This document shows positions 29,852-42,271 of a stretch of 64,000 bases of DNA, in pieces; positions within the stretch are counted from its first letter, which is position 1, and each line of letters opens with the position of its first letter. Source of the stretch: an uncultured Chloroflexia bacterium (GTDB lineage: Bacteria; Chloroflexota; Dehalococcoidia; UBA2979); the NCBI GenBank assembly GCA_963728205.1, contig CAVSIV010000006.1, positions 768,001 through 832,000 on the forward strand, read 5' to 3'. The notes beneath the pieces are model-generated. The model saw only the letters and a program-made list of their open reading frames with translations, had not been told where the DNA came from and searched no databases. The position numbers and the translations under genes are program-made.

Positions 29852-30620
29852 ATGAACAGCTCGCGCCCTCGCATCCTGGTCACGCGCGCGGAGGACGTCG
29901 CCGGCGAGCGCTGGGACGACTACGCCGCCTGCGTGCACGAGGTCGGCGGCGAGCCGGTCGCCGGCGACCTCGCCGAATTCAGCGGGTCGCCGACGCTCGC
30001 TGCATGGGACGGGCTGCTCGTCACCGCCGGTGTCGACGTCGACCCGGCGCGCTACGGCGAGCCCCGCTCCGCGCGTGTGAGCGACGTCAACCCCGAGCGC
30101 GACGCGTTCGAGTCGGCACTGCTCGCGGAGGCCGCGCGGCGGCGCGTGCCCGTCTTCGCGATCTGTCGCGGAGCGCAGAATCCTGAACGTCGCGCGCGGC
30201 GGGTCGCTGGTCCAGCACCTGGAGGCGCGCGAGCCGCATCGCGCGCGCCGCGGCGAGGACGGCGTGAGCATCGCATCGGGGTGGCACGCGGTCGCCGTCG
30301 CACCCGGGTCACTGCTCGCCCGCGCCGCCGGCGGCGCGGAGTCGCTGCGCGTGAACTCGCGGCACCACCAGGCGATCACGCGCGAGCGGATCGCGCCCGG
30401 CCTCGTCGCGACCGGCGTCGCGCCCGACGGCGTGGTCGAGGCGATCGAGGACCCGGCGCAGCCGTGGACGCTCGGCGTGCAGTGGCATCCCGAGCGCGAC
30501 GAGATGGCGCGCGACCCGACGCTCGCCGCCGGCTCGGCGCGGCTGTTCGCCGCGTTCGTCGACGCCTGCGCCGGGCGGGACTCAGCGGCGGCGCACCCCG
30601 CCCGCGAGGAGGCACGATGA
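29852..30620 (+). CDS. Peptidase C26 / gamma-glutamyl-gamma-aminobutyrate hydrolase family (class I GATase), frameshift near 30180
   Basis: DVDPARYG, RDAFE, ICRGAQ nucleophile elbow; VNSRHHQAI and GVQWHPE in the next frame. Confidence 0.88.
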
Positions 30621-31117
30621 ACGACGCCGCGGCGCCATTCCTCTATTTCGGCTACGGCTCGAACCTCGACGCCGACCGGCTGCACATCCACTGCCCGTCC
30701 GCGCGGCTCGTGACGATCGCGCGTCTCGCGGACCACCGGCTGGCCTTCAGCATCGAGAGCAAGCGCAACTGGCACGGCGGTGTCGGCGACGTGCGCGCCA
30801 CGCCCGGCGACGAGGTGTGGGGCGCCGTCTGGCTGATCGACGGCGCGGAGAGCCACCCGCTCGACGAGCAGGAGGGCGTCTTCCGCGACCCGCCCGCCTA
30901 CCGCCGCATCACGGTCGCGGTGGAGACCCCGGCCGGCGACGTGATCCGCTGCCGCTCCTACCAGGTCGTCGCCCCCGATCCCGAGGGCTTCGCCCCGTCG
31001 CCCGCCTACCGCGAGACGATCCTGCGCGGCGCGCGGTCGCTCGGCCTGCCGGCGTCGTACCTCGCGCGCCTGGAAGCGATCGCGGACAACGGCTACGAAG
31101 GCGGCGGGCCGGCGTAG
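30617..31117 (+). CDS. Gamma-glutamylcyclotransferase family protein
   Basis: YFGYGSNL, VWGAVW, LDEQEG, PSPAYRETILRGA; GAGGAGG RBS. Confidence 0.88.
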   Translation: MNDAAAPFLYFGYGSNLDADRLHIHCPSARLVTIARLADHRLAFSIESKRNWHGGVGDVRATPGDEVWGAVWLIDGAESHPLDEQEGVFRDPPAYRRITVAVETPAGDVIRCRSYQVVAPDPEGFAPSPAYRETILRGARSLGLPASYLARLEAIADNGYEGGGPA

Positions 31118-31142
31118 GGCTGCCGGAGGAACGAACGTCGCG

Positions 31143-31805
31143 TCAGGCCGCCGAGGCGCGACTCATCGCCCGCTCGACCGCCCAGCGGACGAACTCCCGG
31201 GCCTCGGCGGTCGCCGCCTCGTCCACGGTGGTGTCGGCGCGCCAGGCGCGAGCGCGCTCGACCGTCGAGCGCCATGGCTCCGGCAGCCGGCGCTGCGCCC
31301 ACTCCACCGCCTCCTCCTCCGTGCGGCCCAGCCCCGCCTCCAGCATGTCGAGGCAGTGGCAGAGCGCGGTGACTGCGTAGGCCATGTCGCTGCGGCGGGG
31401 GGGCGGCTGGCCGGGCGCCGACGCCTTCTCAATCCACGCGGTCCACTCGGGCAGGCGCTCCCTGAGCGCTGCGCGCAGCGCCTCGTCCGCGCTCGCTCCC
31501 CCGTCCGCCGGCAGGTCCGGCGCGGCGGGAGAGCCCGGTCGGTCGCCGGCCGCGTGATCGGCATCGGGGGCGAGATCGGCCCGGGATTCCGCGTCTGCCG
31601 GCACGTCCGCGGGTCCGGGGTCGAGCGGCGGCTGCGCGTACGCCGCCAGCATCGAGCGGAACGCCCGCAGCTCCTCGATGCGCCGCTCGAGCGTCGCGAG
31701 CTCATCGCGCAGCACCGCCGCGCGTCGCCCGGCCGCCGCCTCGTCCGCCTCGATCCGAAGCCACACCGAGCCATCGAGGGCCGGCAACGCCGTCGCGGAT
31801 GTCAT
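31143..31805 (-). CDS. Hypothetical protein: N-terminal coiled coil plus C-terminal DUF4111-like domain
   Basis: AGGAGG RBS; the C-terminus AYAVTALC..A.EWA..RLPEPWR..VERA.AWR..EAREFV resembles the aminoglycoside nucleotidyltransferase C-terminal domain. Confidence 0.55.
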   Translation of the reverse strand: MTSATALPALDGSVWLRIEADEAAAGRRAAVLRDELATLERRIEELRAFRSMLAAYAQPPLDPGPADVPADAESRADLAPDADHAAGDRPGSPAAPDLPADGGASADEALRAALRERLPEWTAWIEKASAPGQPPPRRSDMAYAVTALCHCLDMLEAGLGRTEEEAVEWAQRRLPEPWRSTVERARAWRADTTVDEAATAEAREFVRWAVERAMSRASAA

Positions 31806-32126
31806 CGGGCACCTCCTGCGCCAGGCGCGCACCGTCTGCGCGCAACGCGATCCTGCGAGATCGAAGCGCGCACCGCGTCCCGGCAATCGTGGATGTTCTG
31901 TAAACAAACGTGGTCACGGCGCCCACTGCGCGCTCGAGGGCGCCGACGCGGTGCGCGGCCGGTCCGCGGCCGCCTGCCGACAGGTTCGACGCCGCTCGCC
32001 TCGTCAGTTTCCGGGCCGGCGGGCGAGACGTAGAACGGCGTACGCGCGTACCATGGAAGGGCTCATCCCGGCACTCGGCTTGACCCTTCCCCAGTCGAGC
32101 ACGCGCATCGCGTGAAGGACGTCTGC

Positions 32127-34720
<2,594 letters not shown>

Positions 34721-34778
34721 GCGCGCCCGCCCGCCTCGCGGAGATGCTCACGACCCGCGTGCGTGCGACAATCGGCAC

Positions 34779-35789
34779 ATGCCACTCGACGACCTCGGCG
34801 AGTTCGGGCTGATCGACCGCATCGTTGCGCGGCTCGGCGACGCCGCCGCGCGCGACATCCTCGTGCCACCCGGCGACGACGCCGCCGCGTGGGCCGTCGA
34901 GCGCGGCGCGGCGGTCGCCACGATCGACGCGCTCGCCGAGGGCACCCACTGGCGCGCCGACACGATGACCTACTTCGACGTCGGCTGGCGGACCGTCGCC
35001 TGCAACGTCTCGGATCTGGCGGCGATGGGCGCGCGTCCCGGCCACCTGCTCGTCGCAGCGATGCTCGGGCCCGCGCTCACGCTCGACGACCTCGACGCGT
35101 TCATCGACGGCATGGCCGCCGCCTGCCGCCGCCACGGCGTACACGTCGCCGGCGGCAACATCGTGCGGGCCGCCTCGACCGCCTTCACGATCGCCGCGTA
35201 CGGCAGCGCGGCCGTCGACGCCGACGGGCAGGCGCGTGTGCTGCGCCGCAACGGCGCGCGTCCCGGCGACGCGGTCGCCGTCTCCGGCACCCTCGGCGCA
35301 TCCGGCGCCGGCCTCGCCCTGATCCGCGCCGGCAGGGCGGACGAGGCGGCCGCGGCGCCGCTCGTCGAAGTGCATCGCCGGCCCCTCGCGCGCCCCGAGC
35401 TCGGTCTGCGCGCGGTCGCCGCCGGCGTGCGCTGCGGGATCGACGTCTCCGACGGGCTGGCCCAGGACGCCGGTCACCTCGCCGAGCGCTCGCAGGTCGG
35501 CATCGAGATCGCAGCCGCGCAGGTGCCCGTCGCGCCGGGCGCGGCAGCCCTCCTCGGGGACACGGCCGCGCTCGACCAGGCGCTCGGCGGCGGCGAGGAC
35601 TACGAGCTCATCCTCACGGGTCCGCGCGACGTGCTGCGCGCGCTCGAGACGCCCGCGCTGCCGGTCACGCTGATCGGCCGGGTGGTCGCCGACCACCCGG
35701 GGGAAGTGGTGATCTGGACCGACGACGGCCAGCCGTACCATCCGCCCACCGCGGGGTGGGACCAGGTGCGATCGGCGGCCGCGCCATGA
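34779..35789 (+). CDS. thiL: Thiamine-monophosphate kinase
   Basis: [46 protein letters not shown]. Confidence 0.93.
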   Translation: MPLDDLGEFGLIDRIVARLGDAAARDILVPPGDDAAAWAVERGAAVATIDALAEGTHWRADTMTYFDVGWRTVACNVSDLAAMGARPGHLLVAAMLGPALTLDDLDAFIDGMAAACRRHGVHVAGGNIVRAASTAFTIAAYGSAAVDADGQARVLRRNGARPGDAVAVSGTLGASGAGLALIRAGRADEAAAAPLVEVHRRPLARPELGLRAVAAGVRCGIDVSDGLAQDAGHLAERSQVGIEIAAAQVPVAPGAAALLGDTAALDQALGGGEDYELILTGPRDVLRALETPALPVTLIGRVVADHPGEVVIWTDDGQPYHPPTAGWDQVRSAAAP

Positions 35790-36256
35790 GCACCGCCACC
35801 CGCCTCACGCTGACCACCACGGGCGTCGCGAAGACGCGCGCCCTCGGCCGCCGGATGGCGCGGCTGCTGCGACCCGGCGACGTCCTGCTGCTCCAGGGGC
35901 CGCTCGGCGCCGGCAAAACCGCGCTGGCCCAGGGCATCGGAGCGGGGCTCAAGGTGGAGAGCATCGTGAACAGCCCCACCTTCGTGCTGATGGCACGCCA
36001 CGAGGGCAACGTGCCGCTCTACCACGCCGACCTCTACCGGCTGACCGAGCCGGAGGAGGTCGCGGAGCTGGCACTCGGCGAGCAGGCCGCGGACGGCGTC
36101 CTGCTGGTCGAGTGGCCCGAGCGGGGGCTCGACGCGCTCCCCGCCGAGCACCTCCTCGTCGCCCTCGAGCCGCAGCCGGACCACGAGCATGGGCGTCGCA
36201 TCACCCTCGTCGCGGTAGGCGAGCGCTACCGCCGCGTGCTCGACGGGTTGCAGTAG
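35786..36256 (+). CDS. tsaE: t6A biosynthesis ATPase TsaE
   Basis: [29 protein letters not shown]. Confidence 0.95.
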   Translation: MSTATRLTLTTTGVAKTRALGRRMARLLRPGDVLLLQGPLGAGKTALAQGIGAGLKVESIVNSPTFVLMARHEGNVPLYHADLYRLTEPEEVAELALGEQAADGVLLVEWPERGLDALPAEHLLVALEPQPDHEHGRRITLVAVGERYRRVLDGLQ

Positions 36257-36521
36257 CCGCGCGTACCCGGGCGTCTCACGCATCCCTCGCCCGCTGCGGT
36301 CCAGCTCAGTCACGCGACCGCGCGGCCCGCATCAGGCATGTCATTCCCGCAGCAGAAGGCGTCGGCATGGCGTCTGCACCGGCCCGGACCGTCGTGATCG
36401 AGATCAACAGCCTGAGCCGTGAGAAGTCCTCGACGCGGCAGGACGAAGGCCCCACGCAGCGAGCGGGCTCACGGGGTATCGTGCCACGGGCGGACTTCGA
36501 ACCCTGACTCCCCCGGGGGGG

Positions 36522-39500
36522 ATGTCTGTGTCTTTCGATACGTCACACCACGACGCGCCTGTGGGCGACTTTCTCGCTGGCGACAGCGAAATGGCGGCAC
36601 TGACGCGCGCCTTCGACTGGTCGCGCACCCCGGTCGGGCCGATTGCGCGGTGGTCGCGAAGTCTGCGCACGCTGATCCATATGATCGTGTCCTCACCCCA
36701 TCCCATGTTTCTGTGGTGGGGTCCGGAGCTCATCCAGTTCTACAACGATGGCTATCGACCGAGCCTGGGCGATCGCCACCCGAGGGCCCTCGGAGCGCGC
36801 GGGCCAGAGTTCTGGGATGACATCTGGCCGATCATCGGCCCCGACATCGCGGCGGTGACGCAGCGGGGCGAGTCCGTGTGGCACACGGACCGCCTGGTAC
36901 CAATCATCCGCAACGGCCGGCTGCAGGAAGTCTATTGGACCTATAGCTACAGCCCCGTGCTCGACGACGACGGCAGCGTCGGCGGGGCACTGGTCACGGT
37001 CCAGGAGACGACACCCCGGGTCCTCACGGAACGTCGCATGTCGATGCTGTGGCGCATCGCCGAGCGCACCGCTGCCGAAGCGAGAAACGTCGCCGACGCA
37101 TTCCGCATTACCGCCGACGTGCTCGTCGAGAACGATGCCGACATTACGTTCACACTGCTCTATTTCCTCGATCGGGATGCGCAGACGTTGCGCCTGGCCA
37201 GCCGCGGGAACGACGTGCCGCCCGCCGCTGCTCCGGAGTCCGTCGACCTCGCCGAGGCAGCCCCCGATCGGGGTGGCTGGCCGCTCGCGGAAGTCGCACG
37301 ATCCGGCAGGGCGGTGCTCGTCACCGACCTCCCGTCACGAGGGGTCGCCCTCCCGGGCGGACGCTGGCCGGAACCGACTGACAGCGCGATGGTCATTCCG
37401 ATCGCGAGCCAGGGCGAGTTGGATGGCGTGCTGGTCGCCGGGCTGAGCCCCCGTCTCGGCATCGACGAGCACTATCGGAACTTCCTGGATCTGGTCGCGA
37501 ACCAGATCGCCGGAGCGATCAACAACGGCCGGAGCCACGAGGTTGAGCGCGCGCGCGCCCAGGCGCTCGCGGAACTGGATCGAGCCAAGACGGCGTTCTT
37601 CGCCAACGTCAGCCATGAGTTCCGGACGCCGCTGACCCTCATGCTGGGTCCGCTCGAGGACCTGCTCGCGCGGCCTGCTTCAACACTGGCGCCCGAGGAC
37701 CATGAGGCGCTGATGGTGATGCATCGCAACGGACGCCGCCTGCTCAAGCTCGTGAACACGCTGCTCGACTTCTCCCGGATCGAAGCCGGCCGCGCTCACG
37801 CCGCCTATGAGGCGACGGACATCGCCACCTACACCGCGAATCTCGCGAGCGTGTTCCGGGCGGCCATCGAACGAGCGGGGATGAGGCTGACGGTGACGTG
37901 CCCGCCCCTCGCCGAACCCGTCTTCGTCGACCGGGATATGTGGGAGAAGATCGTTCTGAATCTCGTATCGAACGCCTTCAAGTACACGTTCGCGGGCGAG
38001 ATCACGGTGACGGTCGGTCTCGAGGACGGACGCGCGGTGCTCACGGTGCGTGACACCGGTATCGGCATCCCCGCCCATGAGCTCCCCAACCTCTTCAACC
38101 GTTTCCATCGCGTCGAAGGCGCGCAGGGCCGAACCCAGGAGGGGACGGGGATCGGGCTGGCGATGGTGCAGGAGCTGGTTCACCTGCACGGCGGGACCGT
38201 CACGGTCGAGAGCGTGCTCAACGAGGGCAGCAGCTTCCAGGTGGCGATTCCGCTGGGCACCGCCCATCTCCCCGCCGAACACATCACCACCGAACGGGCT
38301 GGTGCCGCCCCGCTGCCCGCCACCGACTTCGTCGAAGAGGCGCTGCGATGGCTCCCCGACCCCGAGGCTGAAGCGCAGCCGTCCGAGCTGCTGCCAGTCG
38401 AAGCCTCACCACATCCTGGACGATCGGGCCCCAGACCGACGGTGCTGCTCGCCGACGACAACGCGGACATGCGTGCGTACGTCACTCGTCTGCTCGCCGA
38501 CCAGTACAACGTGATCGCGGTGTCGGATGGCCAGGAAGCCCTCCGCAGCGCGCAGGAGGTCCAGCTCGACATCGTCGTCAGTGACGTGATGATGCCTCGC
38601 CTCGATGGGTTCTCCTTGCTGCAGGCCTTACGAATGAACCCGGCGACGAGCTCGATCCCCGTCATCCTGCTCTCTGCGCGTGCAGGGGAGGAGGCGCGGA
38701 TCGATGGCCTCAGGGCCGGCGCCGACGATTACCTCACGAAGCCGTTCAGCGCGCGAGAGCTCGTTGCCCGGGTGGAAGCTCACCTCAAGCTCGCCGCCAT
38801 GCGTGCGGAGGGGATCCGTCTCGCCGCCGCAGCACGCGAGCGCATGGAATCCGCGATGGAGCAGGCGCCGGCGGCGCTCTGCCTGCTCACCGGGCCAGAC
38901 CATGTCTTCGTGCTCGCCAACCCGCCCTATCTCGAACTCATGCGTGTGCACTCCGTGATCGGCAAACCCATGCGCGAGGCGCTGCCGGACGCTGAGGGCC
39001 AGGGCCAAATCGAGCTGCTCGACCGGGTGTACCAGACCGGCGAGCCATATGTAGGGACTGAGCATCATCTCGAACTCGATCGCAACGGCGACGGGACGTA
39101 TGAATCGCTGTACATGAACTTCGTCTACGCCCCGACCCGGGATACGCGGGGCGTCATCGACGGCATCTTCATCCACCTCTATGACGTCACTCAGCAGGTT
39201 GAGGCGCGCGTGGCCGCGGAGGATGCTGCGCGAGCGAGGGACCAATTCCTCTCGATCGCTTCGCACGAGCTGCGCAGCCCCGTCACGGCATTGAAGGGGA
39301 CCGCCCAGTTCCTGCGACGGGCACAGGCAAATGGACGGCTGACGGAGGAACGGCTCGACACGCTGCTGGCGACGCTTGAAGCGAGTGCCAATCGTCTCGC
39401 GACGCTGATCGACGACCTGCTCGACGTCGCGAGGCTGCAGCGCGGCGATTTGCCCCTTCGACGAACGCCCACGGACATGTCGCATCTGGTGCGCGAGCTC

Positions 39501-39923
39501 GTACGCCACGGGGAGTGGGGTGAGGCCCAGTTCGTGATGGACGCGGAACCTGACCTCGAGGTGACGATCGATCCGGACCGGATCGGCCAGGTGGTATCGA
39601 ACCTCCTGGATAATGCGGTGAAATACTCGCCCCCCGGCGAGCCAATCAGCGTGCGCCTTCGGACGCGCGATGAGGGTGTCCTGCTCGAGATTCAGGACTC
39701 GGGGATCGGTCTCCCGGCTGACTCCCTCGAGTCGATCTTCATCCCGTTCGGGCGCGCCGCCAATGCCCAGCGTACGAATATTCCGGGGCTGGGCCTCGGC
39801 CTCCATGTATCCAGGCGCATCGCCGAGCAACACGGCGGCAGGCTCTGGGCCGAGAGCGACGGCGAGGGTATGGGCACGCTGATGTCGTTGTGGCTTCCCT
39901 CCGGGGAGGACGTGGAGGTGTAA
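36522..39923 (+). CDS. Multidomain hybrid sensor kinase (PAS-GAF-HK-REC-PAS-HK)
   Basis: FDWSRTPVGP..W N-terminus; two H-boxes (VSHEFRTPL, ASHELRSP); receiver LLADDNADMR..SDVMMP..KPF. Confidence 0.93.
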   Translation: MSVSFDTSHHDAPVGDFLAGDSEMAALTRAFDWSRTPVGPIARWSRSLRTLIHMIVSSPHPMFLWWGPELIQFYNDGYRPSLGDRHPRALGARGPEFWDDIWPIIGPDIAAVTQRGESVWHTDRLVPIIRNGRLQEVYWTYSYSPVLDDDGSVGGALVTVQETTPRVLTERRMSMLWRIAERTAAEARNVADAFRITADVLVENDADITFTLLYFLDRDAQTLRLASRGNDVPPAAAPESVDLAEAAPDRGGWPLAEVARSGRAVLVTDLPSRGVALPGGRWPEPTDSAMVIPIASQGELDGVLVAGLSPRLGIDEHYRNFLDLVANQIAGAINNGRSHEVERARAQALAELDRAKTAFFANVSHEFRTPLTLMLGPLEDLLARPASTLAPEDHEALMVMHRNGRRLLKLVNTLLDFSRIEAGRAHAAYEATDIATYTANLASVFRAAIERAGMRLTVTCPPLAEPVFVDRDMWEKIVLNLVSNAFKYTFAGEITVTVGLEDGRAVLTVRDTGIGIPAHELPNLFNRFHRVEGAQGRTQEGTGIGLAMVQELVHLHGGTVTVESVLNEGSSFQVAIPLGTAHLPAEHITTERAGAAPLPATDFVEEALRWLPDPEAEAQPSELLPVEASPHPGRSGPRPTVLLADDNADMRAYVTRLLADQYNVIAVSDGQEALRSAQEVQLDIVVSDVMMPRLDGFSLLQALRMNPATSSIPVILLSARAGEEARIDGLRAGADDYLTKPFSARELVARVEAHLKLAAMRAEGIRLAAAARERMESAMEQAPAALCLLTGPDHVFVLANPPYLELMRVHSVIGKPMREALPDAEGQGQIELLDRVYQTGEPYVGTEHHLELDRNGDGTYESLYMNFVYAPTRDTRGVIDGIFIHLYDVTQQVEARVAAEDAARARDQFLSIASHELRSPVTALKGTAQFLRRAQANGRLTEERLDTLLATLEASANRLATLIDDLLDVARLQRGDLPLRRTPTDMSHLVRELVRHGEWGEAQFVMDAEPDLEVTIDPDRIGQVVSNLLDNAVKYSPPGEPISVRLRTRDEGVLLEIQDSGIGLPADSLESIFIPFGRAANAQRTNIPGLGLGLHVSRRIAEQHGGRLWAESDGEGMGTLMSLWLPSGEDVEV

Positions 39924-40173
39924 CGCCGCCCCGGTCGCGAATCGACAACCGGCGGAGCGCCCTGCCGAGCTGCGACTCCACCCCGACATCGTCGCGGAGA
40001 CGACGCCGGGTGGTGAGCTGCCGGGGCGCGGCCTTCGAGCTCTGTGGCCTGTGGCCGAAATCGCGATGCGCACGTCTGACCCTGCGGGCGCGCGGCCGAT
40101 TCTGTGGGTCGGCCCGACTGCCACGCCGGGCTCGTACGGGGATTTGCAACCACTCGCGAGATATGCCCGGCGG

Positions 40174-40242
40174 CTAGAGGAGGACGCGGAGGAGCACGAT
40201 GACCAGAATGATCACCAGAACGGTGCCTATACCGATATACAT
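40174..40242 (-). CDS. 22-aa hydrophobic small membrane protein MYIGIGTVLVIILVIVLLRVLL
   Basis: GAGAGGAG RBS; single TM helix; a related copy lies near 46152. Confidence 0.7.
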   Translation of the reverse strand: MYIGIGTVLVIILVIVLLRVLL

Positions 40243-40583
40243 GCCGATATCTCCTCTCGCCGCAGCTATTTCGCAGAGGTTTGCAGGCGCCGCATGCTGC
40301 GAGTGCAACGCGCTGGCGAAATGCGTCGGGATTCCATGCCAGTTTTCTGTGTCACCTGGATGATCGGCGCCTGGCGGCCGAGCCCGCTCGCCCGTCCTGT
40401 CCGTCAGGGATGATCGCGTCCGCGCGCTCCGAGCGGCATCCCGCCACGATCCGCTCGTCCGCCCACTCGAGCAGCCCGGTGTTGTCGCGCCGATGACCAT
40501 GTCCCCGTTCGCGGCGACTGCCGCCCGGCCGACCCTGCCTGGCGCCGCTCGCCTGCGGGCGGGACAGACCGTAGCCTCCTCAC

Positions 40584-41309
40584 ATGGGCATCGACCTCGC
40601 GATCGACACCGCCGGCGACGACGCCTCGCTCGCGCTCCTCGACGGCGACCGCGTGGTCGCCGAGCGCGCCTGGCACATCGAGACGAACGTCACGCAGGAA
40701 CTGCTCGGCGCGCTCGATGCGCTCTTCGTCGAGGCAGGCGTGGCGCGCGACGCCGTCGCACGGATCGCCGTCGACGTCGGGCCGGGCGGCTACAGCGGGC
40801 TGCGCTCCGGCGTCGCCGCCGCGCAGGGCATCGCGCTCGCGCTCGGCGTGCCGCTCGCCGGCGTCTCGCGCCTCGAGGCCGACGCGTACCCGCACCTGCT
40901 CGCCCGCCCGCGCGGCACCCCCGTCGTCGCCGCGCACGACGCCGGACGCTCCGGCATCGCGTGGGCCGCCTACACGCTGCCGCCCGCGCCGGAGGCGCTC
41001 GAGGCGGAGGGACGGAGCGCGCCGCCCGACGCCCTCGTCGCCGCGCGGCTCGATCCCGCCGTCGACGCCGTGGCCGCGGCGCCCGCCGGCGCCCCCTGGT
41101 GCGGGGAGGCGAGCGACGAGCTGCGTGCCGCCCTCGCCGACCGCGCCGCGCGAGACGCTGAGCCGGGGAACGGCGACACTGTGCCACGGCTCGAGGCGCG
41201 TGCGGTCACGATCGTCCGGCTCGCGCGCCTGCACGACGCCTTCGGCGACCCCGCGCTCGTGGACGTCGTCTACCTCCGACCGCCGTCGATCACGAAGCCA
41301 AAGCGCTAG
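40584..41309 (+). CDS. tsaB: t6A biosynthesis protein TsaB
   Basis: LAIDTA, IAVDVGPGGYSGLRSG..AQGIA..GVSRLEA, YLRPP. Confidence 0.9.
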   Translation: MGIDLAIDTAGDDASLALLDGDRVVAERAWHIETNVTQELLGALDALFVEAGVARDAVARIAVDVGPGGYSGLRSGVAAAQGIALALGVPLAGVSRLEADAYPHLLARPRGTPVVAAHDAGRSGIAWAAYTLPPAPEALEAEGRSAPPDALVAARLDPAVDAVAAAPAGAPWCGEASDELRAALADRAARDAEPGNGDTVPRLEARAVTIVRLARLHDAFGDPALVDVVYLRPPSITKPKR

Positions 41310-41339
41310 CCAACGCGCACAGCAGAGAGGACCCGATTC

Positions 41340-41789
41340 GTGGAGCGCACCCTGATCCTGGTGAAGCCCGACGCCATGCAGCGCGGCCTGGCGTTCGAAG
41401 TGCTCGGCCGGCTCGAGCGCCGCGGCCTGCGGCTCGCCGGCCTGCGCCTGCTCCAGGTCGACGAGGCGATGGCGAAGCGCCACTACGGCGAGCACGAGGG
41501 CAAGCCGTTCTTCCAGGGGCTCGTGAGCTACATCACGTCGTCGCCGATCATCGCCGCCGTCTTCGAGGGCACGAACGCCGTCGCCGCCGCGCGCCAGACC
41601 ATGGGCGCGACGAAGCCCACCGAGTCCGCGCCCGGCACCATCCGCGGCGACCTCGGCCTGGAGATCGGCCGCAACCTCGTGCACGGCTCCGACAGCCCGC
41701 AGAGCGCGGAGCGCGAGATCGGCATCTTCTTCGAAGGCCAGCCCGTGCTCGACTGGAAGCGCGACACCGACCGCTGGGTGTTCGAGTAG
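41340..41789 (+). CDS. ndk: Nucleoside diphosphate kinase
   Basis: ERTLILVKPDA, HYGEHEGKPFF, PGTIRGD, NLVHGSDS. Confidence 0.97.
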   Translation: MERTLILVKPDAMQRGLAFEVLGRLERRGLRLAGLRLLQVDEAMAKRHYGEHEGKPFFQGLVSYITSSPIIAAVFEGTNAVAAARQTMGATKPTESAPGTIRGDLGLEIGRNLVHGSDSPQSAEREIGIFFEGQPVLDWKRDTDRWVFE

Positions 41790-42271
41790 CGATGCCGGCC
41801 GGTCGCCGACACGCTCGGCGGCCCATCGAAGCTCGTGCCCACGCGATGCATGCGATCAGCCATCGGTAGTCACCACATGACGAAGGTCCCACGCGCGGCT
41901 GCGATCGCCCCCGAACGCCCGCATCTGAACATCTAGCGGTCCGGACGGTCTCGGACCGTCGGAGCGCGAGAGTCCCTCGACCGAGGCCCTACTATTGTCA
42001 GGTCGCACCCACGCCCGATGAACGCCGCGCTGGTCATGCTCGAATGCTCGGCAGGCGTCTTGCCCGTGATCATCGTGCGGGCGCCGGCCGGTCGGGGACT
42101 CGAATATTGGAGAATGCCATCAGGCTGCGTCGCTCGGCTGACCGTGGCGGAACGCGGACAACGCTTCGCTCTGCGATGGCGCGAACTGACGGTGCGAAGT
42201 TCGCGACCCCTCTGAGCAGCAAGCCCATCGCCTGTTCGCGCCTCCCTCGCGGGACGCGGGGGTCCTGAGCG

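Noticed and set aside
29852-31117. C26-GGCT fusion ORF (421 aa)
   Set aside because: Frameshift near 30180; the C26 C-terminal motifs are in another frame and GGCT has its own RBS and ATG.
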